IMG/VR virus record: IMGVR_UViG_3300005805_009919
Location: 1-26,472 of that record
Direction: 5' to 3' (one strand)
From: a virus
Lineage: Duplodnaviria; Caudoviricetes
Length of the DNA: 26,472 nucleotides
The notes below the pieces were generated by a model. It did no database searches. It saw only the letters and a program-made list of their open reading frames with translations, and was not told the origin of the DNA. Position numbers and translations under genes: made by a program. The first letter of the stretch is position 1; each line of letters opens with the position of its first letter. Below are positions 7,258 through 15,684 of this stretch, piece by piece.

Positions 7258-7288
7258 AAACTTTTTCCTAAAAATACAATATTTCTTA

Positions 7289-7298
7289 AGTATATAGA
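7289..7298. promoter_or_regulatory. Putative bidirectional late promoter (palindromic TATATA core)
   Basis: AGTATATA on plus and TCTATATA on minus, centred between the divergent starts at 7257 and 7329. Confidence 0.45.
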
Positions 7299-7328
7299 TG
7301 AAACTTGCCGTTTATTTTTGAGGTGAAA

Positions 7329-10300
7329 ATGACTATTGAAGACATGCTTTCTGGCCTGAATGCAAATTTTTCTCAAGTAACTGATTTGATTCCAAACAAA
7401 TTTAATTTTGCAGATGAACCTGATATTGATAATTTTACTCTAAGGATTTTAGGAAACTTTGTAACCGAGTTATCAGATGGAAAAATAATATGGGCAGGAA
7501 AAACTGAATTACGAGCTTATAATTCAGACAATAACGAAACCGTATATTTACAAAACATCCTAAAATATAACAAAAATGGAACCATCGATACTTCTTTTTC
7601 GCCCCCAACATTTACTGGTGGCCCTTCTGGATTTGTTCGATCGATTGCTGAACAAAGCGATGGCAAATTAGTCGTTGGTGGCCATTTCACAAAAGTTAAC
7701 GGAATTACAGTAAATTATATTTGCAGATTAAACGCCGATGGATCTGTTGATGAAACATTTAATACGGGTGAAGGCTTTAACAACAGTGTGCTTTCAATAG
7801 GTTTGATTTCGGATGATTCGATTTTTGTAGGTGGGATTTTTACAGACTTTGATGGAAATGCGGCAAATTATCTTGTTAAGCTAAATTCAGATGGAAGTTA
7901 CAGCTCAGATTCTGCAAATGTTGAAGCAGTCCCATTAGATAGTACTGTACACATTGTCAAAATTACTGCATCAGACAAAGTTTTGGCAGGTGGTCAATTT
8001 ACCGGAAAGATAAAGTGCTACAATGACGATGGAACTGAAGAAGCAGGATTTGTAATAGGAAACGGATTTGCAGAGCCTAACAACAATCCTTCTAATGCTA
8101 GAGTAAATGATTTTGCTTTACAAGATGATGGCAAAATACTTGTTGCTCATTGGTTCAAGGAATACAATGACGTTCCTATTTCAGTTGGGCTTACAAGACT
8201 AAATTCTGATGGAACACTAGATGATTCTTTTCATTTTTTCCATGGAGACACAAAAACAATCAGTGGAATTGCCACTTCAAGCGGAGGATCAACTTTAGTT
8301 ACATGCACAGCCCATGCTTTATCTACAGGAGATATCATTTCTGTTTCTGCTTCTGATTCTGTTCCCGATATCGATGGATACTGGGAAATCACTTATGTTT
8401 CTGATGACGAATTTTCAATTCCTTTTAGCGAAGTAGTCACCGCAGGAACAACTGGCACGATTCTTAAAGCTGAAGGCTTCGCAAATTCAGATACTGCTGA
8501 TTGGCGAAACCAAGCACCACAAGCAATCGCAGTCCAAAGTGATGGCAAAATAATAGTCGGGGGTTGGTTCGAGGAATTTGACGGTAATCCTCAAAATTAT
8601 TTAGTAAGACTTAATGATGATGGTTCCTTTGATGGTACTTTTGATGTAGCCGATAAGTTTTTAAAGGTGGGAGATGAAAAACGTATTCAAGACATTTATG
8701 TTGATGAATCTAACAATATTTGGTTGGCTCATGATTTAAGAATTTATGACGGTAATTTTTCAGATGGTCTCACAAAAATCGATTCTACCGGTGATTTTTT
8801 GGAAATTGATTTAATCACATCTGTAGATCGGGATGGTTTGAGTTGGGAAAATCCCTGGGTTCATAAAATTCTACAGCAAGATGATGGAAAAATAATTGTT
8901 TGTGGAGCAGAATCTCGTCAAGACGGATTTAAAGGAATTCGCAGACTAAATTTAGATGGATCTGAAGACACCACTTTCGGTCCTGTGCATGTGAACGCAA
9001 TGATACGTAAAGCAGATTTTCAAAATGATAAAATAATTATTGCTGGCGACTTTACTCAAGTTCATTCTCGATCCTGCAAATACATAGCCCGATTAAACTC
9101 CGATGGAAGCCTTGATGAGACTTTTAATATCACAACTGGCGTAGACGGAACAATTTATGCTTTAAAAGTTTTATCAAATGATAAAATATGGATAGGCGGT
9201 GGATTTAGTCAATTTGGAGACGTGCCCATTAGCTATGCTTGTAAACTTACAGCCGATGGAGATTTGGATTTAAGCCCAATTTTTTTAAACATAAATAATA
9301 TAGTCCACGTGATTGAAGAAGACGCAGATGGCAAAGTTCTTATCGGAGGGCAGTTCGAAGCTTCTCCAATAAGTATCTCTAACGTCGCTACCTCTGTTGG
9401 GTCCACAACTGAAATTACCTTAGCATCAAATCACAATTTAGATTCAGGTGCTTACGTTTACATTGAAGACTCTGCTTCTGAACCACCAGTAGACGGCATT
9501 TGGGAAATTTCAAATGCTTCTGGAAATTCATTTACAATTGATCTTGACACGGTCACTGTTAGCAACTCAGGCGGTACTTTCTACTCATATCCACATAATT
9601 ATTTATTCCGTTTAAATGCAGATGATACGGTTGACACAGATTTTCTTGTAAGCACTTTTAACAATAGCGTCGGCAACAGTCCACGTGTAAGCTCGCTTGG
9701 TATTCAAGATGATGGAAAAATTATCCTTGGACATTGGTTTGAAGCATACGGAGTAAACCAAAGCAAATATCTTACCCGTGTAAATGCTGATGGATCTTAC
9801 GATAGTTCTTTCGAACAAGAAGGAACAGGCTTGTCTGCATCCTATGGCGGAACCATGGCAGTCAGCTTAGATCAAAATGGAAACGTTTATGCTGGAGGAT
9901 TTTATGAAACTTACGATGGCAACCCACAACACCTTCTCGTAAAATTTAATGATGATGGAACGAAAGATAATTCTTTTGATGTAGGAATTGGATTCGATGA
10001 AAATTTTAATGGTAATCCAAGAATTATGGATCTCCTCACTGATGGCGAAAATGTTTATGTTGCTGGAAATTTCAGCATTTACAAACAAGATATTCGCTGG
10101 AATCTAATTAAGCTAGATGCATCAGGTGATTTAATTTCAAATTACAAGATGCCCTTGCCGTATAAAACTTATGGCATTAGCAATTCTAATAATGACATGT
10201 TTGATGGTGGTCATTATATTCATACAAACCTTACCCAAACATTTAGTTTACATCAAAAAGATAGATCTAATGTTTATACCTCAGTTGCAAATACGCATAC

Positions 10301-11030
10301 ACCAATCGGAGATGATGGATCACGGTCTAGCGAAAATTTCTTGCCCGAAAATCAAGACGGAACAGTTGAAGATGGATCTGCTTATTTTGGTACTGGTAGT
10401 TCTTATTTTACGAATATCTATCCTGGATTAAGAGTTTTGGTTGCCACAGGAGTGACAAATGATGTAAACGAAATTTCAATACTTGGAGAATCGGCTGATA
10501 ACCCAACTATAATAACTTCTACTGTTGAGCTAGACGGAGGATTTACTGGTTTTGTTCGTAAAGAATTAAATGGAGAACCGATATCTTTACATCAAATGAT
10601 TATCGTGAATGGAGATGCTAATTCTGCAGCAATAAATTATAACACAACCGGAGGCTATAATGACTTTGCAGTTACAAATATAGCTGCCGATTCAATCTTT
10701 ATTCTAACAATGGCTACTGATGCTAGTGATGCAGAAATTACTGATGAAGAAATTACTGCGATAGGCAATAAATTTTTATCGGTAATGAATGTAGGATTTA
10801 AAACTGTTGACATTGATTTGAGCCCAACTCCCGGTTTCATTCCCGCTTACGGTCGTGGAGAAGGAAGTCTAGATACAGCAATTTTAAATGGCAAGTCTTT
10901 ACAAAGAACTTGTTATCTTGAAACTGTCAACAGCCAAGGCCAGAGAAAAGTTGTGGCGTTTGTCGATGGAGAAGTTGTAAACGATCAAATCCAAGCACTT
11001 GAAGACTATCTATCTGTAAAGAAAAATTAG
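7329..11030 (+). CDS. Large Delta-60-repeat (DUF5122) beta-propeller protein with two inserted FCCH-like beta domains; probable virion surface/adhesion protein
   Basis: Many Q.DGK(I/L)(I/V)VGG.F and RLN.DGS.D.TF repeats; start reassigned to ATG 7329 (GAGGTG SD); no signal peptide; inserts AHALSTGD..SVS...IDGYWEI and NHNLDSGAYVYI...VDGIWEI. Confidence 0.85.
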   Translation: MTIEDMLSGLNANFSQVTDLIPNKFNFADEPDIDNFTLRILGNFVTELSDGKIIWAGKTELRAYNSDNNETVYLQNILKYNKNGTIDTSFSPPTFTGGPSGFVRSIAEQSDGKLVVGGHFTKVNGITVNYICRLNADGSVDETFNTGEGFNNSVLSIGLISDDSIFVGGIFTDFDGNAANYLVKLNSDGSYSSDSANVEAVPLDSTVHIVKITASDKVLAGGQFTGKIKCYNDDGTEEAGFVIGNGFAEPNNNPSNARVNDFALQDDGKILVAHWFKEYNDVPISVGLTRLNSDGTLDDSFHFFHGDTKTISGIATSSGGSTLVTCTAHALSTGDIISVSASDSVPDIDGYWEITYVSDDEFSIPFSEVVTAGTTGTILKAEGFANSDTADWRNQAPQAIAVQSDGKIIVGGWFEEFDGNPQNYLVRLNDDGSFDGTFDVADKFLKVGDEKRIQDIYVDESNNIWLAHDLRIYDGNFSDGLTKIDSTGDFLEIDLITSVDRDGLSWENPWVHKILQQDDGKIIVCGAESRQDGFKGIRRLNLDGSEDTTFGPVHVNAMIRKADFQNDKIIIAGDFTQVHSRSCKYIARLNSDGSLDETFNITTGVDGTIYALKVLSNDKIWIGGGFSQFGDVPISYACKLTADGDLDLSPIFLNINNIVHVIEEDADGKVLIGGQFEASPISISNVATSVGSTTEITLASNHNLDSGAYVYIEDSASEPPVDGIWEISNASGNSFTIDLDTVTVSNSGGTFYSYPHNYLFRLNADDTVDTDFLVSTFNNSVGNSPRVSSLGIQDDGKIILGHWFEAYGVNQSKYLTRVNADGSYDSSFEQEGTGLSASYGGTMAVSLDQNGNVYAGGFYETYDGNPQHLLVKFNDDGTKDNSFDVGIGFDENFNGNPRIMDLLTDGENVYVAGNFSIYKQDIRWNLIKLDASGDLISNYKMPLPYKTYGISNSNNDMFDGGHYIHTNLTQTFSLHQKDRSNVYTSVANTHTPIGDDGSRSSENFLPENQDGTVEDGSAYFGTGSSYFTNIYPGLRVLVATGVTNDVNEISILGESADNPTIITSTVELDGGFTGFVRKELNGEPISLHQMIIVNGDANSAAINYNTTGGYNDFAVTNIAADSIFILTMATDASDAEITDEEITAIGNKFLSVMNVGFKTVDIDLSPTPGFIPAYGRGEGSLDTAILNGKSLQRTCYLETVNSQGQRKVVAFVDGEVVNDQIQALEDYLSVKKN

Positions 11031-11049
11031 TTTTTCGTTAAATGTAAGG

Positions 11050-11718
11050 CTACTTTGGAAACACAACAAGATTTTCAAAGTAGCCTTTATTTTTTTTATT
11101 GTCTAAAACAATATCACCAAATCTATAGTCGTTTTCTGCCATCCATAATTGAAAGTCGTTTTTGTTTTCATCCTGAACTTCAATAAAAATAATTGGCTTG
11201 TTTTTCTGTATGGTATTTTTTAATCCATCAAGAACATCAAGTTCCATTTTTTCAACGTCGATTTTTATAAAGTCAATCGCTTTATCTGCAAACAAGACAT
11301 CTCCAGGCACAACTGTTATTTGTTCTCTTTGAGAATCAAATGACTTAGAAACCAAACTAGTTGAACCTAAATTATTTTCAAAGTTCTGCGAAGCATATCT
11401 TGTTTCATGCTCTTTTCCTAGTGCCAATCCTATGTAGTCAACGTTGACGTTGTGACAATAATTTAATGCTAAATTGGCCAGAAGCATTTTGTAAGCCCTC
11501 AGAATAGGCTCTACAGCGTAGACCAATTTAACCTTGGTGATTTTACTCCAATAAATCGTGTGGCTTCCTATGTGGGCTCCTACGTCCAAAATAGTAGAAT
11601 CTTTGTTTAAAAGCGTAGAAACGTTTTTTAACTCTTCTTCCTCAAAAAAATGACCTTGCATCATCTCTCTTTGGATGAAATCGTCTGGATCGTCAAAAAT
11701 AAATCGGAAGTTATCCAT
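11050..11718 (-). CDS. FkbM-family SAM-dependent methyltransferase
   Basis: ILDVGAHIGSHT, VYAVEP, FIKIDVE.ME..VL.G and PIIFIE motifs; AGTAAATA 2 nt before ATG. Confidence 0.9.
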   Translation of the reverse strand: MDNFRFIFDDPDDFIQREMMQGHFFEEEELKNVSTLLNKDSTILDVGAHIGSHTIYWSKITKVKLVYAVEPILRAYKMLLANLALNYCHNVNVDYIGLALGKEHETRYASQNFENNLGSTSLVSKSFDSQREQITVVPGDVLFADKAIDFIKIDVEKMELDVLDGLKNTIQKNKPIIFIEVQDENKNDFQLWMAENDYRFGDIVLDNKKNKGYFENLVVFPK

Positions 11719-11794
11719 GGTATTTACTTTCTCAAAAATCTAGAGAAACAAAATAAAGCAAAACTAAAGCTGTTTTAGAAAAGAGTTTGGTTTT

Positions 11795-11802
11795 TATAAA
11801 TA
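11795..11802 (+). promoter_or_regulatory. Perfect T4 late promoter consensus TATAAATA
   Basis: About 50 nt upstream of ATG 11853. Confidence 0.6.
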
Positions 11803-11852
11803 AAGTGTAGTTTGCAATTATTGCAAGTACTTTTTTTAAAAGGAGTTCAAAT

Positions 11853-12167
11853 ATGGCTGCATCTTCAGTAACAGGTACAGGAAATGGATCTGCACAGAAA
11901 TCTTTCGCACAGCTTGTCAACGGAGTTGTGAAAAGCGAAAATTTAGCTAAGGGCGCTCTCACCAGTTCAGGCACGATTTTCAAAGCTACAGTAACGGGCA
12001 ACGGAAGCGCTCAATCAACGGCTCATGGTTTAGGTTGTGTGCCAGCTATTGTTATGATTTATTCTAATAATGATAGCGTCACAGTCACAGAAGGCGCTCA
12101 CACCAGTGAAAATATTGTTTGCACAGTTACTAACAGCAAAGTTTACAACATTGTAGCTATTGCCTAG
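11853..12167 (+). CDS. Small beta-rich putative virion decoration/fibre protein (104 aa)
   Basis: AAGGAG SD; internal repeat VTG(TG)NGSAQ; AHGLG.VP motif typical of phage fibre/lectin-like termini; N-terminus shared with 19237-19662. Confidence 0.7.
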   Translation: MAASSVTGTGNGSAQKSFAQLVNGVVKSENLAKGALTSSGTIFKATVTGNGSAQSTAHGLGCVPAIVMIYSNNDSVTVTEGAHTSENIVCTVTNSKVYNIVAIA

Positions 12168-12183
12168 TTTTTCTGTTTTCTCT

Positions 12184-12222
12184 AAAAAAAGAACCCGTAT
12201 AGGCAAGCCTAACGGGTTCTTT
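12184..12222. terminator. Bidirectional intrinsic terminator
   Basis: AAAGAACCCGT-A-TAGGC-AA-GCCTA-ACGGGTTCTTT between convergent genes; the A7 tract gives a U-tract on the minus strand. Confidence 0.85.
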
Positions 12223-12236
12223 GCTTTTCTGCTGCA

Positions 12237-13499
12237 TCAAGACTTTCTGGCAGAATTTATTTTTTTTAGCTCTGATCTTCTTTCTTCAGTCATCGGTGCT
12301 GCTGATCTTAAAAGATTCGATAAAGCATTTTCATGAAGAGTCTCTCCATTGCCATGAATCGCAAAAGATTGCACATGACTGTTCACTAGCCCGGTTTTTG
12401 GCGTTAGCTTGGTCTTTGCTCTGTGTTTTTTTGCCTTGAAGGGAAAATCAAAATTAACACGATTACAGACATGGCCAAAGTTGTTTAGATTTGCCATCGA
12501 TGTTGTAGAGTTGCAATTGCTTCCTGTTTCGTTTTTGTAAAAGATAGTGGATTTCCCTTCTGTATGTGCTATAAATCTCTTCGTAAATTCTGGAAGAAGC
12601 TGCATCATTTTCTTGTTCCTGAAGTAAACAGCCACCGTAAGCCACCACCTAAAATGAACGTTTGCTGGAGCCGCAGTCTTAGGAAAACCTGCTAAAATCC
12701 AACATTCTTCGTAAAAGGCTACCATCTTAACCATCCATTTTTTAAAGTTTTTTAGCTGGTTTTCAAACTCTTTTCGACCCGACTTTTCTAAAAAGTTTAT
12801 GAAACGCCTTTCAAGTTCACTTTCCTTTTCCCAATTGTTGTTGATATTTTTCTTTCCAACTTTCGGAGAAAAAAGAGAGTCGTCTTCAGAGATGAATTTC
12901 CAAAAAGTATGATATTCATCTCTGATTCGTTGATGACCCAACTCACGCTTCTTATCTCTGTCTTCAACTTTGATTCCAAGACGATTGAAACCTTCCTTGT
13001 AAATATCTTGAATTACATTCAATTTTGGTTCCCAAAAAATTTCGAAAGTTTCTGGCCATTGATTATAAAATAAAGTTTTTGTAAGCTCATGCGGAGTCGC
13101 AACAGTGCCCTGATTAATTCCCATGAAATCTTCTAAAACTTCTGCTAAATTCTCGTATCTTGGAGTCTGAACGCTTATCTCTATCTTCGAAAAAACCTCT
13201 TTCCAGTCTTCATGTTTCGCTTTGAAATCTGTCAATCCATAATAAAATCTTTGAAGCCCATCATTTACATAATAAAAATTTAAGGTTTCATCTAACTGAT
13301 AAAGCACAATCGAACCACGAAGAAGCCTTTTTCTTTCATCTTCCTGATTGGCAATTGAAATTAATTTTTTGCCCCATCTGTCAAAAGCTTTGTCATCCCA
13401 AGCTCTTTTTCTTTGATGAGGAGGAATTCTCCACTCTCCTGAGAAAAATTTGTGATCAACTTCTTTTAAGGTGTAAATTTTTATGGTTTCTTCTCTCAT
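12237..13499 (-). CDS. DUF262 (ParB/Srx-like, GmrS-type) domain protein with a possible degenerate C-terminal HNH; GmrSD-like
   Basis: IPPHQR..AW, GSIVL, VNDGLQR (cf. DGQQR) and FMGIN.G motifs; C-terminal SHVQS...HG.GET..EN...N..R; start reassigned to ATG 13499 (GAAGGA SD). Confidence 0.7.
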   Translation of the reverse strand: MREETIKIYTLKEVDHKFFSGEWRIPPHQRKRAWDDKAFDRWGKKLISIANQEDERKRLLRGSIVLYQLDETLNFYYVNDGLQRFYYGLTDFKAKHEDWKEVFSKIEISVQTPRYENLAEVLEDFMGINQGTVATPHELTKTLFYNQWPETFEIFWEPKLNVIQDIYKEGFNRLGIKVEDRDKKRELGHQRIRDEYHTFWKFISEDDSLFSPKVGKKNINNNWEKESELERRFINFLEKSGRKEFENQLKNFKKWMVKMVAFYEECWILAGFPKTAAPANVHFRWWLTVAVYFRNKKMMQLLPEFTKRFIAHTEGKSTIFYKNETGSNCNSTTSMANLNNFGHVCNRVNFDFPFKAKKHRAKTKLTPKTGLVNSHVQSFAIHGNGETLHENALSNLLRSAAPMTEERRSELKKINSARKS

Positions 13500-13539
13500 T
13501 TTTTTTTCCTTCACTTTATTGAAGTTGTGACAAAAACAA

Positions 13540-13568
13540 ATTATAACATAAAACAAAAAGAAAAACAA
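13540..13568 (-). promoter_or_regulatory. Sigma70-like promoter TTGTTT-N17-TATAAT with extended -10 TG
   Basis: Minus strand ...TATGTTATAAT, about 40 nt upstream of ATG 13499. Confidence 0.55.
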
Positions 13569-13606
13569 TATATTTTTTTTATTTTAAAAACAAAAAGGAT
13601 TGCCAT

Positions 13607-14344
13607 ATGTCAAAAATACAATTAATACAAGGCGACTGTCTAGAAAAACTAAAAGATATTCCTGATGCCAGTGTCGATCTTGTTTTGACAAGCCCTCCCT
13701 ATAACATGAATCTAAGAATAAGAAACGGAAAGTATTGCTCTCGTCAAATTATAAAAGAATTGTCCACAAAGTATGAACGATATGATGATAACCTGCCCAT
13801 GCAAGAATATTACGAATTTAATCGCAAAGCAATAAAAGAACTACTTAGAATTTCAGATCTTACATTCTATAACGTACAATTCCTGACAGGCAATAAATCA
13901 GCCCTCTTTCAACTAATAGGTGAATTCCATGATAAAATAAAAGAATTCATCATCTGGGATAAAATAAACGCACAACCAGCTATTCGTGATAAAGTACTAA
14001 ATAGCAGATTCGAAGTAATCATCGTTTTTCAAAATTTTGAAGGAGAATCAAGACGATTCAAAACAGCTCAATTCCAAAGAGGTACACTCCAAAATTTATG
14101 GCAAATAAAACGTGGAACAAAGGTGTCCAATTCGCATGGAGCCGTCTTTCCATTAGAACTAGCAGAACTCGTTGTCGCAAATTTTACCAAAGAAAATGCT
14201 ACAGTCTTGGATCCATTCATGGGAACCGGAACCACAGGTGTAGCCTGTAAAAATCTAAACAGAAATTTTATCGGAATCGAAATAGATCCCGAATATTATA
14301 AAATAGCTGAAATGAGAATCAACGAAAATCAATCCGATCTCTAA
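13607..14344 (+). CDS. Beta-class N4-cytosine/N6-adenine DNA methyltransferase
   Basis: GDCLE, VDLVLTSPPY (motif IV), HGAVFP and VLDPFMGTGTT (motif I), FIGIEID, in beta order; SPPY favours m4C. Confidence 0.95.
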   Translation: MSKIQLIQGDCLEKLKDIPDASVDLVLTSPPYNMNLRIRNGKYCSRQIIKELSTKYERYDDNLPMQEYYEFNRKAIKELLRISDLTFYNVQFLTGNKSALFQLIGEFHDKIKEFIIWDKINAQPAIRDKVLNSRFEVIIVFQNFEGESRRFKTAQFQRGTLQNLWQIKRGTKVSNSHGAVFPLELAELVVANFTKENATVLDPFMGTGTTGVACKNLNRNFIGIEIDPEYYKIAEMRINENQSDL

Positions 14345-14363
14345 ATTTTCACCTACTTTGATC

Positions 14364-14391
14364 TTGACAATCTCATCAGATAACCTAAAGT
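14364..14391 (+). promoter_or_regulatory. Sigma70-like promoter TTGACA-N16-TAAAGT
   Basis: Perfect -35 hexamer, about 40 nt upstream of ATG 14431. Confidence 0.5.
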
Positions 14392-14430
14392 AAATTGAAG
14401 AAAACATCTCAATCCTCTTAGGATCATTGT

Positions 14431-15603
14431 ATGTACTTAGAAAATATCGACGGAAAACTCAAAAGCCAAGAAGTCAAGATCAAGTACGATTGCGATGGCG
14501 GCTTCGATATGTGCGGCCAAGAACGGATGCTTAAGCTAAGATACGCAGAAAAGAACTTCCAAGACAACCAAGGAAAACATATCTGCCGCAAATGCTTCAT
14601 GACCTTCAAAAATCCGGGCAAAAAAGAAGAAGTCAAACAAAAAATCAAAAAGACTAATCTTGAACGCTATGGCTCAACGATGCCGGTGAATCAAGAACAT
14701 CTCATCGAGCAAAGAAGAGAGCAATTCAAAAATCCAGAGTTCAAAGATCAGTGGGTGGAAAAACACAAAATTACGGCCCAAAAAAAATATGGCGTAGATC
14801 ATCCCATGAAAACTGAGGAAGTCAAGAAAAAACAACAGGAAAGCTTGATGCAAAATCACGGAGTCGATGTTCCTCTCAAGTCAGAAAAAATCAAAGCAAA
14901 AGCCAAAAAGACGATTCAAGAAAAATATGGCGTAGACAACGTTGCTCAAGTGCCCGAGATTAGATCGAAAATGGCAAAAACGACGCTAGAAAGATATGGC
15001 GTTGAGCACTACAACCAATTGCCTGATATGAAAGATTATTTGCGAGAAAATTGCAGGGAATGGCTGGCTGAATCTTGGAAAAATCCTTGGTCTAAAGGAA
15101 CCAAAAGACCAGAAGAGTGGAATCAAAAGCAAAGCGAATCCATTACGAAACGAATCTTGGCGGGAGATCTTAATCCTGAGGACAAACGTTTTTTTGTGAC
15201 AGGCTGGTACAGTAGCACCAAATGCAAGAAATCAAGAGCTTTCTTTCGATCTAGCCTTGAGTTGACGATGCACTATATTTTAGACACAGACAATAATATT
15301 GCTTGGTACGAAAATGAGCCTTTTGCGATTCGCTACGAAAAATCTCCCGGCATAATTAGAAATTATATTCCAGATTTTTTTGCTTTCAGATTCAACGGAA
15401 TTCCTCTTTTGGCAGAAATTAAACCAGCTTTTAGATTGAGAGAAAAAGAGGTAGAATATAAAATAACAGCCGGAGAAAAATTTTGTCAGGAAAATGGATT
15501 CGAGTTCATTTACATTGACGAAAATTACCTTGCTAAACGAAACCTTGATTTACAAACCTTAAAAACTTTGCCACGAGTCGAAATTTGTCAAGCAAGAAAA
15601 TAA
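14431..15603 (+). CDS. Free-standing TnsA-like PD-(D/E)xK endonuclease with N-terminal Zn-finger and K.T.LERYG repeats; putative homing endonuclease
   Basis: C..C/CRKC at the N-terminus; five T(N/A/I/T)..(R/K)(Y/H)G(V/S) repeats; C-terminal RSSLE...ENEPFAI.Y...YIPDFF...AEIKP with catalytic residues intact. Confidence 0.8.
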   Translation: MYLENIDGKLKSQEVKIKYDCDGGFDMCGQERMLKLRYAEKNFQDNQGKHICRKCFMTFKNPGKKEEVKQKIKKTNLERYGSTMPVNQEHLIEQRREQFKNPEFKDQWVEKHKITAQKKYGVDHPMKTEEVKKKQQESLMQNHGVDVPLKSEKIKAKAKKTIQEKYGVDNVAQVPEIRSKMAKTTLERYGVEHYNQLPDMKDYLRENCREWLAESWKNPWSKGTKRPEEWNQKQSESITKRILAGDLNPEDKRFFVTGWYSSTKCKKSRAFFRSSLELTMHYILDTDNNIAWYENEPFAIRYEKSPGIIRNYIPDFFAFRFNGIPLLAEIKPAFRLREKEVEYKITAGEKFCQENGFEFIYIDENYLAKRNLDLQTLKTLPRVEICQARK

Positions 15604-15621
15604 TTTTCACAACATGCAAAT

Positions 15622-15653
15622 AAAAAACCCTTCGGCTAGTTGCCGAAGGGTTT
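15622..15653 (-). terminator. Strong intrinsic terminator of the capsid operon (probably bidirectional)
   Basis: AAACCCTTCGGC-N5-GCCGAAGGGTTT with U6 on the minus strand. Confidence 0.9.
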
Positions 15654-15684
15654 CGACGTAAGTCCTTATGTGGCAAGGATTTAC

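Noticed and set aside
7329-11030. Diversity-generating retroelement or nucleotide-level repeat cassette in the propeller gene
   Set aside because: Repeats are diverged protein-level repeats; no near-identical TR/VR pair and no reverse transcriptase in the window.
14431-15603. Annotation as T4 gp4 head-completion protein or Tn7 transposase TnsA
   Set aside because: It shares the nuclease fold, but the Zn-finger/repeat architecture, opposite orientation and absence of tnsB/tnsC fit a free-standing homing endonuclease better; gp4 is not fully excluded.
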